A DNA stretch of 64,000 bases, from contig JAFQKR010000001.1 in assembly GCA_017396825.1 (NCBI GenBank), positions 817-64,816 of the forward strand. Direction: 5' to 3'. This document shows, one piece after another, positions 19,161 to 31,100 of this stretch. The stretch comes from Clostridia bacterium (lineage in GTDB: Bacteria; Bacillota; Clostridia; Oscillospirales; CAG-382). The notes under the pieces are model-generated. The model was given only the letters and a program-made list of their open reading frames with translations, made no database searches and was not told the origin of the DNA. The translations under genes were made by a program, and so were the position numbers. The stretch's first letter is position 1. The number at the start of each line of letters is the position of its first letter.

Positions 19161-19291
19161 AGACCTATCCTTCTGAAAAAATAAAAAAACGGTTGATTTT
19201 TTTCACATATAGTTTATAATAGAAGTGTATTTTATATTATAATACTTTGTCGGTACTTTTTCAAGTGCCAATTGAAAGGAGTGTATGGGTT

Positions 19292-20326
19292 TTGGCTAAA
19301 AAAGAAAAGCAAGCTGCTTCCTGCTCCCGTTTGGGTACGGTAGGCGGTCAGGCGCTTATAGAAGGCGTAATGATGAAATCCAAAAATAGAATTGCAATGG
19401 CGGTTCGCCGTTACGATAACGGGCAAATAACAGCTCGCGCTAAGGATTACGTTGGTGTAAGGCAAAAGCATAAATGGCTTAATATACCGATACTTCGCGG
19501 TGTTATTAACTTTATAGAAATGCTTCTCATGTCCTTCTCCACTCTTACGGAGTCAACCGAGATGTTGGGGATAGAGGAAGAGGCAGAGCCCGGTAAGTTT
19601 GAAAAGTGGCTTAATAAGGTTTTCGGCAAATCCCTTATGGCTGTAATATCCTTTATCGCTGTTATTATCGGCGTTGGTATTGCCATAGCCTTGTTTTTCT
19701 GGTTGCCTTTGTTTATAGTGGGCGGTCTTCAGAACTGGCTCGGTTTTAATGACATAGTGAGAAGCGTTCTTGAAGGTGTTATCAAAATCGCCATCTTCAT
19801 TTCGTATATCTCGCTTACTTCTTTACTTAAAGACATCCGCCGTACATATCAGTATCACGGTGCAGAGCATAAAAGTATTTTCTGCTATGAAAAGGGTCTT
19901 GACCTTACGGTAGAGAATGTTAAAAAGCAAAGACGTTATCATCCACGCTGCGGCACTTCCTTTATATTTGTGGTGCTTTTTATTTCCATACTCGGTACCG
20001 CTATACTCTATTCTGCCGTTGATTTTGGTGATAACACTTTGTTGCGCATGAGCTCAAAGTTTTTGTTGTTGCCTATTCTTGTAGGTGTCAGCTTTGAGTT
20101 TATTATGTTCGCAGGTAAGCATGATAACGCTTTTACCCGTATCCTTTCCGCGCCCGGTTTGTGGATGCAGCGCATCACTACAAGAGAGCCTGACGATGAC
20201 ATTATAGAGGTAGCCATTGTATCTCTAAAGACCGCGCTTATTGAGGAGTTTCCTGATTTTGAGGTTCCTTTTGACGAGGGCTATGATATCCACGGAAAAA
20301 TCAAAACGGATGGAGAAAGCAAATGA
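19292..20326 (+). CDS. DUF1385 (YqhQ-like) membrane protein
   Basis: GGQALIEGVMM, YHGAEHK, HPRCGTSF, LWMQRITTREP; TTG 19292 after AAAGGAG; typical neighbour of prmC. Confidence 0.9.
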   Translation: MAKKEKQAASCSRLGTVGGQALIEGVMMKSKNRIAMAVRRYDNGQITARAKDYVGVRQKHKWLNIPILRGVINFIEMLLMSFSTLTESTEMLGIEEEAEPGKFEKWLNKVFGKSLMAVISFIAVIIGVGIAIALFFWLPLFIVGGLQNWLGFNDIVRSVLEGVIKIAIFISYISLTSLLKDIRRTYQYHGAEHKSIFCYEKGLDLTVENVKKQRRYHPRCGTSFIFVVLFISILGTAILYSAVDFGDNTLLRMSSKFLLLPILVGVSFEFIMFAGKHDNAFTRILSAPGLWMQRITTREPDDDIIEVAIVSLKTALIEEFPDFEVPFDEGYDIHGKIKTDGESK

Positions 20327-21171
20327 CCTTAAGAGAGTGCAGGGACGAAACAAGAGATATACTTACTCCCGTTTTGGGGGAGGAGGCAGGTACGGTTACA
20401 GATATTCTGTTGGCGTATTATATGAATACTGACCGTGGCAAGCTTCTTGCAATGCTTGATGTGGAGGCGCCGAACGGCGTACCTTATTTATTGGCAGAGG
20501 CAATAAATAAGTTGGGTGCAGGCGTGCCCGTTCAGTATATACTGGGCAGTTGTTGGTTTTACGGGCTTGAGGTTAAGGTAGGCCCCGGTTGTTTTATACC
20601 GAGGAGTGATACCGAGATCCTCGTTAAGGTGGCGGTTGAGCTGCTTAAAAACGGCGGTACGTTCGTTGAGCTTTGTGCTGGCAGCGGTTGCATCTCCATG
20701 GCGATAGCAGAAAACGTAAAAGGTGTAAAGGGGGCGGCGGCGGAGCTTTCCTTGAAAGCCTTACCGTACACCGAGGCAAACCTTGAAAGATACCCTAACA
20801 TCAAAGTTAAGAGGGCGGACGTTCTTGATCCGGATGATCTTTCTGCACTGTACGAGGAGTGGGGAGAGGGCTTTGACCTTTTGGTGTGTAACCCTCCTTA
20901 TATTCCAACGGCAGACATAGCCGGTCTTGACGTTCAGGTTCAGTACGAGCCTGAAACTGCCTTGGACGGCGGTGAAAACGGTCTTAAATATTACAGATAT
21001 ATAATCGCCAACGCAGATCTTATCATGAAAGAAAAACACCGCATATTGTTTGAGGTGGGCATCGGACAAGCGCCTCTCGTTGCGGAAATGCTTAAGGTCA
21101 TGGGCTACGCTGTTGCAGTGTTTAAAGACTACGGCGGTATAGAGCGTGTAGTTTTAGGCGAAAAATATTGA
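20323..21171 (+). CDS. prmC: Release factor glutamine methyltransferase
   Basis: PVQYILG, IPRSDTEILV, ELCAGSGCI, NPPY, EPETALDGG. Confidence 0.95.
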   Translation: MTLRECRDETRDILTPVLGEEAGTVTDILLAYYMNTDRGKLLAMLDVEAPNGVPYLLAEAINKLGAGVPVQYILGSCWFYGLEVKVGPGCFIPRSDTEILVKVAVELLKNGGTFVELCAGSGCISMAIAENVKGVKGAAAELSLKALPYTEANLERYPNIKVKRADVLDPDDLSALYEEWGEGFDLLVCNPPYIPTADIAGLDVQVQYEPETALDGGENGLKYYRYIIANADLIMKEKHRILFEVGIGQAPLVAEMLKVMGYAVAVFKDYGGIERVVLGEKY

Positions 21172-21196
21172 CAAGCGATAAAAAATGTACTATTAT
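21168..21196 (+). promoter_or_regulatory. SigA-type promoter
   Basis: TTGACA-N17-TATTAT overlapping the prmC stop codon. Confidence 0.7.
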
Positions 21197-21254
21197 ACTA
21201 TAATAGGTATAATGGTACTTTTTTTACTTATTATTTATAGCAAGGTAAAGGTGG

Positions 21255-22046
21255 ATGGCGGTGTATAGCCCTATAAGCTCTAAAAATAACGAAAAGATAA
21301 AAACGGTTCGCAAGCTATTCGATAAAAAGTACAGGTTGCAATTCGGCCTTTTCGTATTAGAAGGGCACAAACTTGTTTACGATTATATAAGGTCTGGCTC
21401 CAATCCCGTTCAGATTTTTGTTACAGAAGAGGCCTTGGAAAAATACGGATATATTGTTGATAGTGCAGGCTGTCACGAGGTATACGTTTTATCAAGGGAA
21501 TTGTATCTGCATATCAGCAGCGAAAGCGCACCACAGGGGATTCTTGCCGTTTGCAGGATTCCGGAAAAGAATGGTGATTTTTGTTCTGGTAAAGCAGTAA
21601 TTCTTGAGTCTGTCAGAGACGCGGGTAACTTGGGTACCGTTATCCGTACTGCAGTTGCTTTTGGGATAGATAATATAGTTCTTTCTTCCGATTGCGCCGA
21701 TATATATAACCCTAAAACTCTTAGAGCCGCAATGGGTGGTGTGTTCTTTGGGAATGTTTTGGTTGTAGATGACCTCTGTGCTTTTGTTGAGGACATCCGA
21801 AAAAAAGGACGCAGGGTGTTTGCCGCTATGCCCGCCGGTGATGCAGTTGACGTGCGTGATGTTGATATACGCAGTGACGATTGCATGGTAATAGGCAACG
21901 AGGGTAACGGCATAAGTGCCTCTCTTGCTGCCCTTTGTACTTGCAACGTTACCATCCCAATGAGGGGAGACACCGAAAGCCTAAACGCATCTGCCGCCGC
22001 TTCCATTTTGATGTGGGAGCTTGTTCGCGGAGGTAACGGACAATGA
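21255..22046 (+). CDS. TrmH/SpoU family RNA methyltransferase
   Basis: DAGNLGTVIRTA, IGNEGNG, IPMRGDTESLNAS SPOUT motifs. Confidence 0.93.
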   Translation: MAVYSPISSKNNEKIKTVRKLFDKKYRLQFGLFVLEGHKLVYDYIRSGSNPVQIFVTEEALEKYGYIVDSAGCHEVYVLSRELYLHISSESAPQGILAVCRIPEKNGDFCSGKAVILESVRDAGNLGTVIRTAVAFGIDNIVLSSDCADIYNPKTLRAAMGGVFFGNVLVVDDLCAFVEDIRKKGRRVFAAMPAGDAVDVRDVDIRSDDCMVIGNEGNGISASLAALCTCNVTIPMRGDTESLNASAAASILMWELVRGGNGQ

Positions 22047-23224
22047 AAGAAGGCAACGATATAAGGCTTCAAAAATATATATGGCTTTGTTTAAAATGCG
22101 GTGTTGACAGCGTATATCCCTTTCGTATATATAGTAGCTTTGGAGATATAGATAAGGCTTATGCTGCTGAGAATTACGAAGGGCTTATGCTTCCCGACGG
22201 CATTCTTGGCGATCTCCTTGACAAACGTCTCAACCAAGCCTTTGAAATATTAAAACGCTGCAGGGCTTTGGGGATAAGGATTATTTGTATAGACGATTCT
22301 GATTATCCGGTTAAGCTAAAAAAGATAAAAGACCCACCTCTTGTGCTTTATTGCAAGGGAAGGCTTATAAACATGGACACAAGTCTGTGTGTAGGAATGG
22401 TTGGTACCAGAAAGGTTACCGATTACGGCGAGAAGACTGCGGAGTATCTTGCAGGCGGTGTCGCCTCAAGCGGAGCTGTGGTTATTAGCGGTCTTGCAAA
22501 GGGGATAGACGGTATCTGCCATAGGGCATCCCTTGGAGCAGGTGGTTTTACTGTTGGTGTTATAGGTAACTCTATCGATACCATATATCCCAAGGAGAAT
22601 GCGTCGCTTTTCAATAAGGTATACAAATACGGTCTGGTAATAAGCGAATACTGGCCTGGTTGTAAAACAGGTAAACAGTCTTTTCCCAGGCGCAACCGTA
22701 TAATAGCCGGTCTTTCGGATATAGTTGTAGTGGTTGAGGCTCCCGCAGGCAGCGGTGCTCTTATAACTGCTTCTCATGCTATTAAGTCAGGTAAGCCCGT
22801 GTGCGTTCCGCCTATGCCGTTGACTGAGGAAAACGCAGGCACGGCTTCATTGTTGCGCGGCGGGGCCAGACTTATTACCGGTGTCGAGGATTTGCTTAAC
22901 GAATACGAGTCGGTTTTACCGCATAAGATAGCGCCGGATATTCCTTTGCCCAGTTTAAGCAGTAAGGATGACCGACTGTATGAGGGGGAAAAGGGTATAG
23001 GTGAAAGCGAAAAAGAACTGGCATATAATTTCTTGTTGGACGAGTTGGAAAAAAACGGCCCCGAAACTCTGGAGCAAGCCGCTAGAGCAACTACACGCTT
23101 TTCTTTAAGGGAGCTTATGCTTGCGGCAACATCTTTGGAGCTTGACGGCTTTATCGTAAAGACCGTGGGCGGCCGTTATGACAGCGTTCCGGTAGATATA
23201 AAAATCACTCATAAGGAGCAATAG
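22043..23224 (+). CDS. dprA: DNA-processing protein DprA
   Basis: DPPLVLY, VGTR, SGLAKGID, FPRRNRIIAGLS, SGALITA; upstream of topA. Confidence 0.95.
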   Translation: MKEGNDIRLQKYIWLCLKCGVDSVYPFRIYSSFGDIDKAYAAENYEGLMLPDGILGDLLDKRLNQAFEILKRCRALGIRIICIDDSDYPVKLKKIKDPPLVLYCKGRLINMDTSLCVGMVGTRKVTDYGEKTAEYLAGGVASSGAVVISGLAKGIDGICHRASLGAGGFTVGVIGNSIDTIYPKENASLFNKVYKYGLVISEYWPGCKTGKQSFPRRNRIIAGLSDIVVVVEAPAGSGALITASHAIKSGKPVCVPPMPLTEENAGTASLLRGGARLITGVEDLLNEYESVLPHKIAPDIPLPSLSSKDDRLYEGEKGIGESEKELAYNFLLDELEKNGPETLEQAARATTRFSLRELMLAATSLELDGFIVKTVGGRYDSVPVDIKITHKEQ

Positions 23225-25447
23225 ATGAACACACTTATAATAGTTGAGTCCCCGTTTAAGGTACCCACAATAAAAAGCTTTTTGGGTAAGGGGTATAAGG
23301 TTACCGCTTGTAAAGGTCATATACGCGACCTGCCTAAAAGCAAGTTGGGCGTAGATATAGAAAATGATTTTGCACCGCAATATATAAATATTCGCGGTAG
23401 AGGCGATCTTATAAAGGAACTTAAAAAGGAAGCCAAGGGGGCAGATAGAATTTTCCTTGCAACGGACCCTGATAGAGAGGGCGAGGCTATCGCTTGGCAT
23501 CTTTCCAAGGTTCTAGGTGCAGAAGACGGTAAGATCAAGCGTATATCCTTTAATGAGGTTACAAAAACCGCCCTTAAAGAGGCAGTATCCAATCCCAGAG
23601 AGATTGATATGCATCTCGTTGATTCACAACAAGCAAGAAGAATTCTTGACCGACTTGTTGGTTATAAGATAAGCCCATTCCTTTGGAAGAAAATAAAAAG
23701 CGGCCTTTCCGCAGGGAGAGTGCAGTCTGTGGCTACACGTATAGTGGTAGACCGCGAAAAGGAGATAAGAGACTTTGTTGCTAAGGAGTATTGGACAATA
23801 GCCGCAAAGCTCAAGGCTGAGGATGATACCGTAGTTGCCAAGTATTTTGGCGAAGGTGACGGGAAGAGAGAGCTTACTTCAGAGGCGGAATCCAACGCTA
23901 TACTCAAGGACTGCGAAGGCGGCGTTTTCGAGGTGGTTTCGGTAAAACGCGCGGTAAAACGCAGAAAGCCCCTTCCTCCCTTCATAACCTCTACTCTTCA
24001 GCAAGAAGCTAACCGCCGTCTTAACTTCCAAACCAGACGCACCATGATGGTGGCTCAAGAACTTTACGAAGGTGTAAACCTCGGTGAATCAGGTATGCAC
24101 GGTCTCATAACTTATATGAGAACCGACTCCTTGCGTGTGTCAGACGATGCCCGTGCCGCAGCGAAGGAATGTATCGTTGCCAGATACGGCGAAAGGTTTT
24201 ATCCTAAAACACCTAACGTATATAAAGCGAAGAAGAACTCTCAGGATGCACACGAGGCAATACGTCCTACCGATCCGTCGCTTTCTCCCGATATGGTAAA
24301 GGGGAAACTCAGCAACGATCAGTACAAACTTTACAAACTTATATGGGAGCGTTTTATTGCCAGCCAGATGTGTGCTGCAGAGATAGACACCGTTACCTAT
24401 GAGATGGTTTGTGCCGGTCACGTGTTCAGAGTAGGAGGATCTTCCGTTAAGTTTGCGGGCTATATGTCGGTGTATGACGATAGAATAGACGATGGTGATA
24501 ATGAAGACTGCCTTAATACGCTGTCCTTGCCTGATTTGCGCGAGGGCCAAAAACTTGACCTTATTAAAATGCTTAAAGAACAGCATTTCACACAGCCTCC
24601 ACCACGCTACACCGAGGGTATGCTTACCAAGGTGCTTGAAGAGAGAGGAATAGGCAGACCTTCTACCTTCCTTCCTACTATAACAACAATAATAAGTCGT
24701 GGTTACGTAAAGCGCAACGGAAAGGTTCTTGTGCCCACCGAGGTTGGTGAGGTTACTACTCAGCTTATGCTTGATACCTTCCCATCTATTATCGACTATA
24801 ACTATACTGCTGAAATGGAAGAGGATCTTGAAAAGATATGTAGCGGTGAAAGACCTTACGAAAGCGTTCTTAAGGAATTTTATGATGTGTTTGAAAAGCA
24901 GCTCACAGCCGCTCAGGATACCTTGGCAGAGGGAAGAATCAAGATAGCTCCCGTTGAAACTGATATAATATGCGAAAAATGCGGCTGTAAAATGGTAGAA
25001 CGCGTAGGTAAGTTCGGTAAGTTTGCAGGCTGTCCCAACTATCCTACCTGCAAGAACACCAAGCCTTTAGACGGTAAGGCCCCTGCTGCTGAATCTACCG
25101 CTCCCACCGACAAAACTTGTCCAAAGTGTGGAAAGCCCATGGTGATAAAGAGAGGTGCTTACGGCTCCTTTTATGCTTGTGAGGACTATCCTACCTGCAA
25201 GAGCACTATGCCTATTGTCAAGGAACTTGGAGTGGGTTGTCCCAAATGCGGTAAAAAGATAGTAATAAAGACAACAAAAACAAAGAAGACCTTTTATTCC
25301 TGCGAGGACTATCCTAATTGCGATTTTTCCAGTTGGGATGTTCCTCAGGAAAGAAAATGTCCCAATTGCGGCAGTTTAGTTCTTAAAAAGAAGAACAAGG
25401 AGCTTTACGAATGCTTTGCTAAATGCGGATGGAGTGAAGGTAAATGA
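23225..25447 (+). CDS. topA: DNA topoisomerase I
   Basis: IVESP, ATDPDREGEAI, SAGRVQS, ITYMRTDS, GIGRPST; C-terminal zinc ribbons. Confidence 0.98.
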   Translation: MNTLIIVESPFKVPTIKSFLGKGYKVTACKGHIRDLPKSKLGVDIENDFAPQYINIRGRGDLIKELKKEAKGADRIFLATDPDREGEAIAWHLSKVLGAEDGKIKRISFNEVTKTALKEAVSNPREIDMHLVDSQQARRILDRLVGYKISPFLWKKIKSGLSAGRVQSVATRIVVDREKEIRDFVAKEYWTIAAKLKAEDDTVVAKYFGEGDGKRELTSEAESNAILKDCEGGVFEVVSVKRAVKRRKPLPPFITSTLQQEANRRLNFQTRRTMMVAQELYEGVNLGESGMHGLITYMRTDSLRVSDDARAAAKECIVARYGERFYPKTPNVYKAKKNSQDAHEAIRPTDPSLSPDMVKGKLSNDQYKLYKLIWERFIASQMCAAEIDTVTYEMVCAGHVFRVGGSSVKFAGYMSVYDDRIDDGDNEDCLNTLSLPDLREGQKLDLIKMLKEQHFTQPPPRYTEGMLTKVLEERGIGRPSTFLPTITTIISRGYVKRNGKVLVPTEVGEVTTQLMLDTFPSIIDYNYTAEMEEDLEKICSGERPYESVLKEFYDVFEKQLTAAQDTLAEGRIKIAPVETDIICEKCGCKMVERVGKFGKFAGCPNYPTCKNTKPLDGKAPAAESTAPTDKTCPKCGKPMVIKRGAYGSFYACEDYPTCKSTMPIVKELGVGCPKCGKKIVIKTTKTKKTFYSCEDYPNCDFSSWDVPQERKCPNCGSLVLKKKNKELYECFAKCGWSEGK

Positions 25448-26460
25448 GAATAGCCGTTGACGTTATGAGCGGTGACAACCCGCCTGAGGAACTTATAAAG
25501 GGCGCGCTTTCCGCCGCCAATGATTTTGGTGTTGAGGTTCTGTTGATCGGTGCGTCCGAGGTCGTTGATAAGTACGCTGACGAGGACAAAGGAATATATG
25601 TCAAGCATGCAAATACCGTGGTTACAATGGAAGACAGCGCCTTGTCTGCCATAAAGGAAAAGGACGACTCTTCCGTGGCGGTTGGTGCTATGCTTTTGAA
25701 GAATAACGAGGCAGACGCTTTGGTAAGTGCAGGTAATACCGGTGCTCTTATATCGGCGGCTTCAATACGTGTTCGCCGCGTTAAGGGGATACGCAGAGCG
25801 GCGATAGGCACCGTAGTGCCCCTGGATAAGCCGTTTATAATTGTAGATGCAGGTGCTAACCCCGAGGTGTTACCTGAAAACCTTTTGCAGTTTGCTCACA
25901 TGGGTGCGTTGTATGCAGAGCGTGTTTTGGGCATCAAGTCTCCTCGCGTGGGGCTTCTTTCCAACGGCACGGAGGAGATAAAGGGTACTCCTATAACCAA
26001 AGAAACCTATGGTTACTTAAAAGAAAGCGATCTTAATTTTGTTGGAAACGTGGAGTCGAGGGATTTACCCGCAGGAATATGCGACGTTCTCGTTTGCGAC
26101 GGCTTTACGGGTAATATAACTCTTAAGCTTATAGAGGGCATGGGTAAGTTCATGTCCCGTACCATAAACAGCTTGTTCCGCCACAGCATATGGACGAAGA
26201 TAGCGTATCTTGCTTGCAAGAAGGAAATCAAAAAGCTTCGTAAACGTCTTGATGCCGGAGAATACGGCGGCGCTCCTATTTTGGGTATATCAAAGCCGGT
26301 TATAAAAGCCCATGGGAACTCCGATGCAAAGAGTATGTATAATGCAATAAGGCAGGCAAAGCAGTTTGCAGAAAGCGGTATAATACAGGAATTTGAAAAC
26401 AGATTCAGGAGAAATACGGCAAATGAGTCAAAAGACGTTAACAGCCCCTCTGCCGATTGA
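25444..26460 (+). CDS. plsX: Phosphate acyltransferase
   Basis: IAVDVMSGDN, SAGNTGA, DAGAN, CDGFTGN, KAHG. Confidence 0.96.
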   Translation: MRIAVDVMSGDNPPEELIKGALSAANDFGVEVLLIGASEVVDKYADEDKGIYVKHANTVVTMEDSALSAIKEKDDSSVAVGAMLLKNNEADALVSAGNTGALISAASIRVRRVKGIRRAAIGTVVPLDKPFIIVDAGANPEVLPENLLQFAHMGALYAERVLGIKSPRVGLLSNGTEEIKGTPITKETYGYLKESDLNFVGNVESRDLPAGICDVLVCDGFTGNITLKLIEGMGKFMSRTINSLFRHSIWTKIAYLACKKEIKKLRKRLDAGEYGGAPILGISKPVIKAHGNSDAKSMYNAIRQAKQFAESGIIQEFENRFRRNTANESKDVNSPSAD

Positions 26461-27145
26461 GGAGCTAGAAAATAAAATCGGATATACATATAAGAATAAA
26501 GAGCTGTTGTTGACCGCAATGACTCATTCGTCATACTGTAACGAAAACAGAAGGGATGACGTTGTTATTGAGGATAACGAGAGGCTTGAGTTTTTGGGTG
26601 ACAGTGTTCTTTCCGTGATAGTAAGCGACTACATTTTCAGACTTTACGGGGAGCTTAACGAGGGTGATCTTACCAGAACAAGGGCCGCCTCTGTGTGCGA
26701 AAACGCGCTTCATGATCTTGCGATGGAGATTGACCTTGGTAGTTATATGCGTTTCGGTCATGGTGAGGCAGCCACCAGAGGCAGACTTCGCAAAAGCATA
26801 CTTGCCGATGCCTTCGAGGCGTTGCTTGCATCTATGTATCTTGACAGCGGTCTTGATAAGGTTAGAGAGTTTTTGTTGCCAAGAATAAAACATATAGTGG
26901 ATAAGGCGGCACATGGATGGGATACCGATTACAAGTCCAGATTGCAAAAACTGGTTCAGCAAACTCCCGAGGAGGTACTTGAATATCGCTCTGCGGGAGA
27001 GGAAGGCCCCCCGCATGACCGTATTTTCCGTTTCGAGGTTTATCTCAACAGCAATCTGCTTGGTGTGGGTGTTGGCAGGTCCAAGCGTGAGGCGGAGCAG
27101 CAGGCGGCTAAGCAGGCACTTGCATTCTTCGGAGAAGAAAACTAA
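26423..27145 (+). CDS. rnc: Ribonuclease III
   Basis: NERLEFLGDSVL, ADAFEAL, dsRBD DYKSRLQ...SKREAEQQAA; ATG 26423 after AGGAG. Confidence 0.97.
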   Translation: MSQKTLTAPLPIEELENKIGYTYKNKELLLTAMTHSSYCNENRRDDVVIEDNERLEFLGDSVLSVIVSDYIFRLYGELNEGDLTRTRAASVCENALHDLAMEIDLGSYMRFGHGEAATRGRLRKSILADAFEALLASMYLDSGLDKVREFLLPRIKHIVDKAAHGWDTDYKSRLQKLVQQTPEEVLEYRSAGEEGPPHDRIFRFEVYLNSNLLGVGVGRSKREAEQQAAKQALAFFGEEN

Positions 27146-28168
27146 ATGACAAGACATAAAAATATACCGTTCTTTATACCTCATAGCGGTTGTAAAAATA
27201 ATTGTGTGTTTTGTTCCCAAACCAAAATAACCGGATTTTCATTGCCTAAAGAGGATATAGTCAGCGAAGCTCTAAGACTCAAGGCAACCGTAGACGAGGC
27301 GTTGGAGTATATGAACGGCGCCGAGGCACAGATAGGCTTTTTCGGCGGTAGCTTTACCGGTATAGAAAGGGAACGTATGCTCCTTCTTCTTGATACTGCC
27401 TACGGTTACGTAAAAAAAGGTGCTGTAAAGGGCATCAGGCTTTCCACCAGACCCGATTATATAAGTAACGAGATACTTGATATTTTGGAAAGCTACGGTG
27501 TAACCGACATAGAACTCGGTCTGCAAAGCACAGATGAGGAGGTTCTTAAAGTCTCAGGCAGAGGCCACGGGAGAGAAGTGTGCTTTGAAAGCGCGGCTCT
27601 TATTGTAGACCATGGCTTCGGCTTTGGCGGTCAGATGATGATCGGTCTTCCATGCTCTGACAGAGAAAAGGAATTAAGAACAGCCCGTGATATCGTAAGC
27701 ATGGGTGCAACCTCCGCAAGGATATATCCAACCGTAGTATTTAAGGGAACTCCCTTGTATGATATGGCGGTGGATGGAAGATATACTCCCATAACCAATG
27801 AAACGGCGGCAGATGTTGCGGCGGCATGCCTAAGAATATTTAGGGAGGCCAACGTGGAAATACTGCGTATAGGTCTTCACGCCTCGGACGAGCTTAAAAA
27901 TGCTCCTTTCGGGGCAAACCACCCTGCAATGGGTGAACTGGTGTATTCACGTATTGCTTACGAGGATATACGTGAGCAGTTAGCAGGTAAGGAAACAAAG
28001 GGTAAGATGTTAAAAATATGCGTGCCCTCAAACCGTGTTTCAGCCGTAGTGGGACAAAAAGGCTGTAATAAGCAAAAGCTTATAGAAGAGTACGGGTTTA
28101 AAAAAGTAAAGATATATAAAAGCCTTACCCAAGAGGATGTGGGCTTAAGTATAGAAGCAGAGGATTGA
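27146..28168 (+). CDS. Elp3-like radical SAM protein
   Basis: CKNNCVFC, FFGGSFT, STRPD, ELGLQS; usual position between rnc and smc in Clostridia. Confidence 0.88.
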   Translation: MTRHKNIPFFIPHSGCKNNCVFCSQTKITGFSLPKEDIVSEALRLKATVDEALEYMNGAEAQIGFFGGSFTGIERERMLLLLDTAYGYVKKGAVKGIRLSTRPDYISNEILDILESYGVTDIELGLQSTDEEVLKVSGRGHGREVCFESAALIVDHGFGFGGQMMIGLPCSDREKELRTARDIVSMGATSARIYPTVVFKGTPLYDMAVDGRYTPITNETAADVAAACLRIFREANVEILRIGLHASDELKNAPFGANHPAMGELVYSRIAYEDIREQLAGKETKGKMLKICVPSNRVSAVVGQKGCNKQKLIEEYGFKKVKIYKSLTQEDVGLSIEAED

Positions 28169-28172
28169 TATT

Positions 28173-31100
28173 TTGAAGCTTAAAGGGCTGGAAATGCAGG
28201 GGTTCAAGTCGTTCCCCGATAAAACACTTATATATTTTGATAATGGGATAACCGCAGTTGTCGGTCCTAACGGAAGCGGCAAGTCCAATATTTCCGACGC
28301 CGTTCGTTGGGTTTTGGGCGAAATGTCTTTAAAAAGCCTTCGCGGCAGCAGAATGGAAGATGTTATTTTCGCAGGCTCGGACAAGCGTACTGCGGCAAAT
28401 TGCGCCATAGTTTCTCTTTATTTGGATAAAGACGATGGCAGCGGTGAAGAAACTATTGTTACCCGTAAATATTACAGAAGCGGAGAAAGTGAGTATTATC
28501 TTGACAAAAAACAAGTGCGCTTAAAGGATGTTTACGAGGCGTTTTACGATACGGGTATAGGCAGAGAAGGCTATTCCGTAATCGGTCAGGGTAAAATAGC
28601 AGAGGTTCTTTCTCAAAAAGGAGATGAAAGACGCAGTATTTTCGAGGAAGCCGCAGGTATTTCTAAGTTTAGATATAAAAAACAGGAGTCTGAGCGTAAG
28701 CTTGCCGCTACCGAAGATAACCTTCTTCGTGTTCAGGATATAATGGGTGAGGTAGGCTCCCGTCTTGCGCCTTTGGAAAAGGAAGCAGAAAACGCAAAGA
28801 AGTACTTAGCGCTAAGTGAAGAAAAAAAGGGGCTGGAGATAAGTCTTTGGCTCGATAAGATAGACAGCATCAGGGCAGAACTTTCTCAAAGCGATAAGCT
28901 TTTGGCAGGTGCTGCAGAATCCCTTTCAGCAGCAGAGGATAAGATAAAGGAGCTGGAATCAAGGTCAGACGATCTTTATCTCAACAGCAACGAAATGAGC
29001 AAGGATATTTCTCTTGCGGAAAGAGAAATAAGCGGCATAGGCCTTAAAATAAGCGAGGCGGAGGGTAAAAAGGCGCTTAAGTCCAACGACATTAATCACT
29101 TTGAAAGCCTTATCTCCGAAAGCAAGGCAGAGATAGCCAATACCGAGTCTGAAAAGAAAAGACTTGAGGAGAGTATTGAAGCGGCAGACGAGGATATTGC
29201 TACCGCTGAGACGGCGGTGGCAAACGCAAAGGCCGAGTTTGAGACCAAGGGCAGGGAATACGCAGAACTGCGTAACGTTTATGACTCTAAGACTGTTGAA
29301 AGAAGCGAGCTTCAAAGCAGTTATACCGCGGCGCTTGAAAAGCGTTCCGCGCTTTCCGTTGAACACGCCGCCCTTAAAGTTAATCTTGAAAATGTGCGCC
29401 ATAACGCAGAAACCAGCGCGGAAGAAATATATGGCTTTGAAAGCAGGATAGCTTCACTTGCCGAAAAACTCGATAAAATCAGAGCCGAGCTTGAGAAGGC
29501 GAACGGCGCTCTTGCCGAAGCAGAAGAAAAACACAAAAGCAAAGCAGAAGCTCTTGCTACAGAAGAAAAGCAACTTGAAAATAAAAAGGCGGCAGGGGTA
29601 GAAATATCCTTGGCAATAGCCTCATACAAGCAGCAAAAGGAAAACCTTTTAAGAATGGAAGCGTTGCTTGAAGGGTACTCCGACAGCGTAAAGAACGTAA
29701 TAGGCGCGGCAAAGGATGGTAAAATCCTTTGCAAAAGCAAAACCGCTGTCCTCCACGGTACGGTGTCCTCTGTTATTTCAACTGATGAAAAATACGTCGT
29801 TGCGTTGGAGACTGCCTTAGGTGCGGCGGTACAGCATGTTATCGTTGATGATGAGGAGGATGCAAAGGCCTGCATACGTTACCTTAAGGAAACCGGTGGC
29901 GGTAGAGCAAGCTTTCTTCCCATCAGCACTGTAAGGGGACCGCGTGCCAATGATAACGCCATAAAGGATTGCGGCGGCTACATCGGCATAGGCTGCGACC
30001 TTTGCAAGTATGATGTAAAATACAAGGATATTTTTACAAAGCTTTTGGGCGAGACGGTGGTTGCTTCTGATATTGACAGCGCCGCAGTTATCGCAAAAAG
30101 ATGCGGTTACAGGCTCCGCGTGGTAACTCTTGACGGTCAGGTTATCCATCAGGGCGGTAGTTTTACCGGCGGTTCCGCCGCAAAGCGTGTTGGCATACTT
30201 ACTCGTAGCATTGATATTGAGAGACTTACGGGTATAATTGCCAAGCGAGAAGAGGACCTTGCAAGAAACACCGAGTCCCAAAAAAAAATACAAATGCGTA
30301 TAGATTCTCTTAGGGCTGATTGGGACAACACCGAAATGGCTGTAACCATTACAAAAAGCAAGCGCGACAGTCTAACTAACGCCGCAAGCATGGAAAAGGT
30401 TCGTTTGGAGGACGAGCAACGCAGATACAACCAGTTCGTAGACACAAACGGCAATATTGCTAAGCAGTTGGCTGAGCTTACGGTTAAGTCTGAAGAAGCC
30501 GAAACAAGGCTTAAGGTTGCAGAGGAGGAGGCTGAAAAGCTTTCTTCAGCCCTTGCCTTGGCAGTTCGTTCTGCCGAAAACGCAGAAAAAGCATCTTCCT
30601 CTGCGTATGAAGAGCTTAGCAAGTCTCGTCTTGCGGTAGTTGAAAAAGAAAACGCTCTTGCCCGCACAAAGGAAAAACGCCTGTCTATTACCGAGCGTTG
30701 CAAAAATATGGAAGCGCGCAAAAGAGAATGCGAGCTGTCCGTACAGAATGCTTTGATGCAGATAGAACAGCGCCGCAAGGAGATTGAGGCGTTAAACGCA
30801 GAGGAAGCAGAATACGATAAGGAAAAGGCTGTTATAGGTGAGCGTATAGCAAAGCTTATTGCAGGTAAAGAAGAAAACGATAAACAAAGTATAGAACTTC
30901 GTCAGGCGATAAGAGAGGCAAACTCTGCAAAGGAGGATGCATTCCGCCATCATACAGCCCTTCAGTCAAGAGGAACTACTCTTGCAGCCGAGTATGAGGA
31001 ATATTCCAACAAGCTGTGGGAAGAGTACGAGCTTACCTATTCGACAGCGTTGCAGTTCCGTCTTCCTGAGGAGAATATGAAAAAGGCAAGCACACGCCTA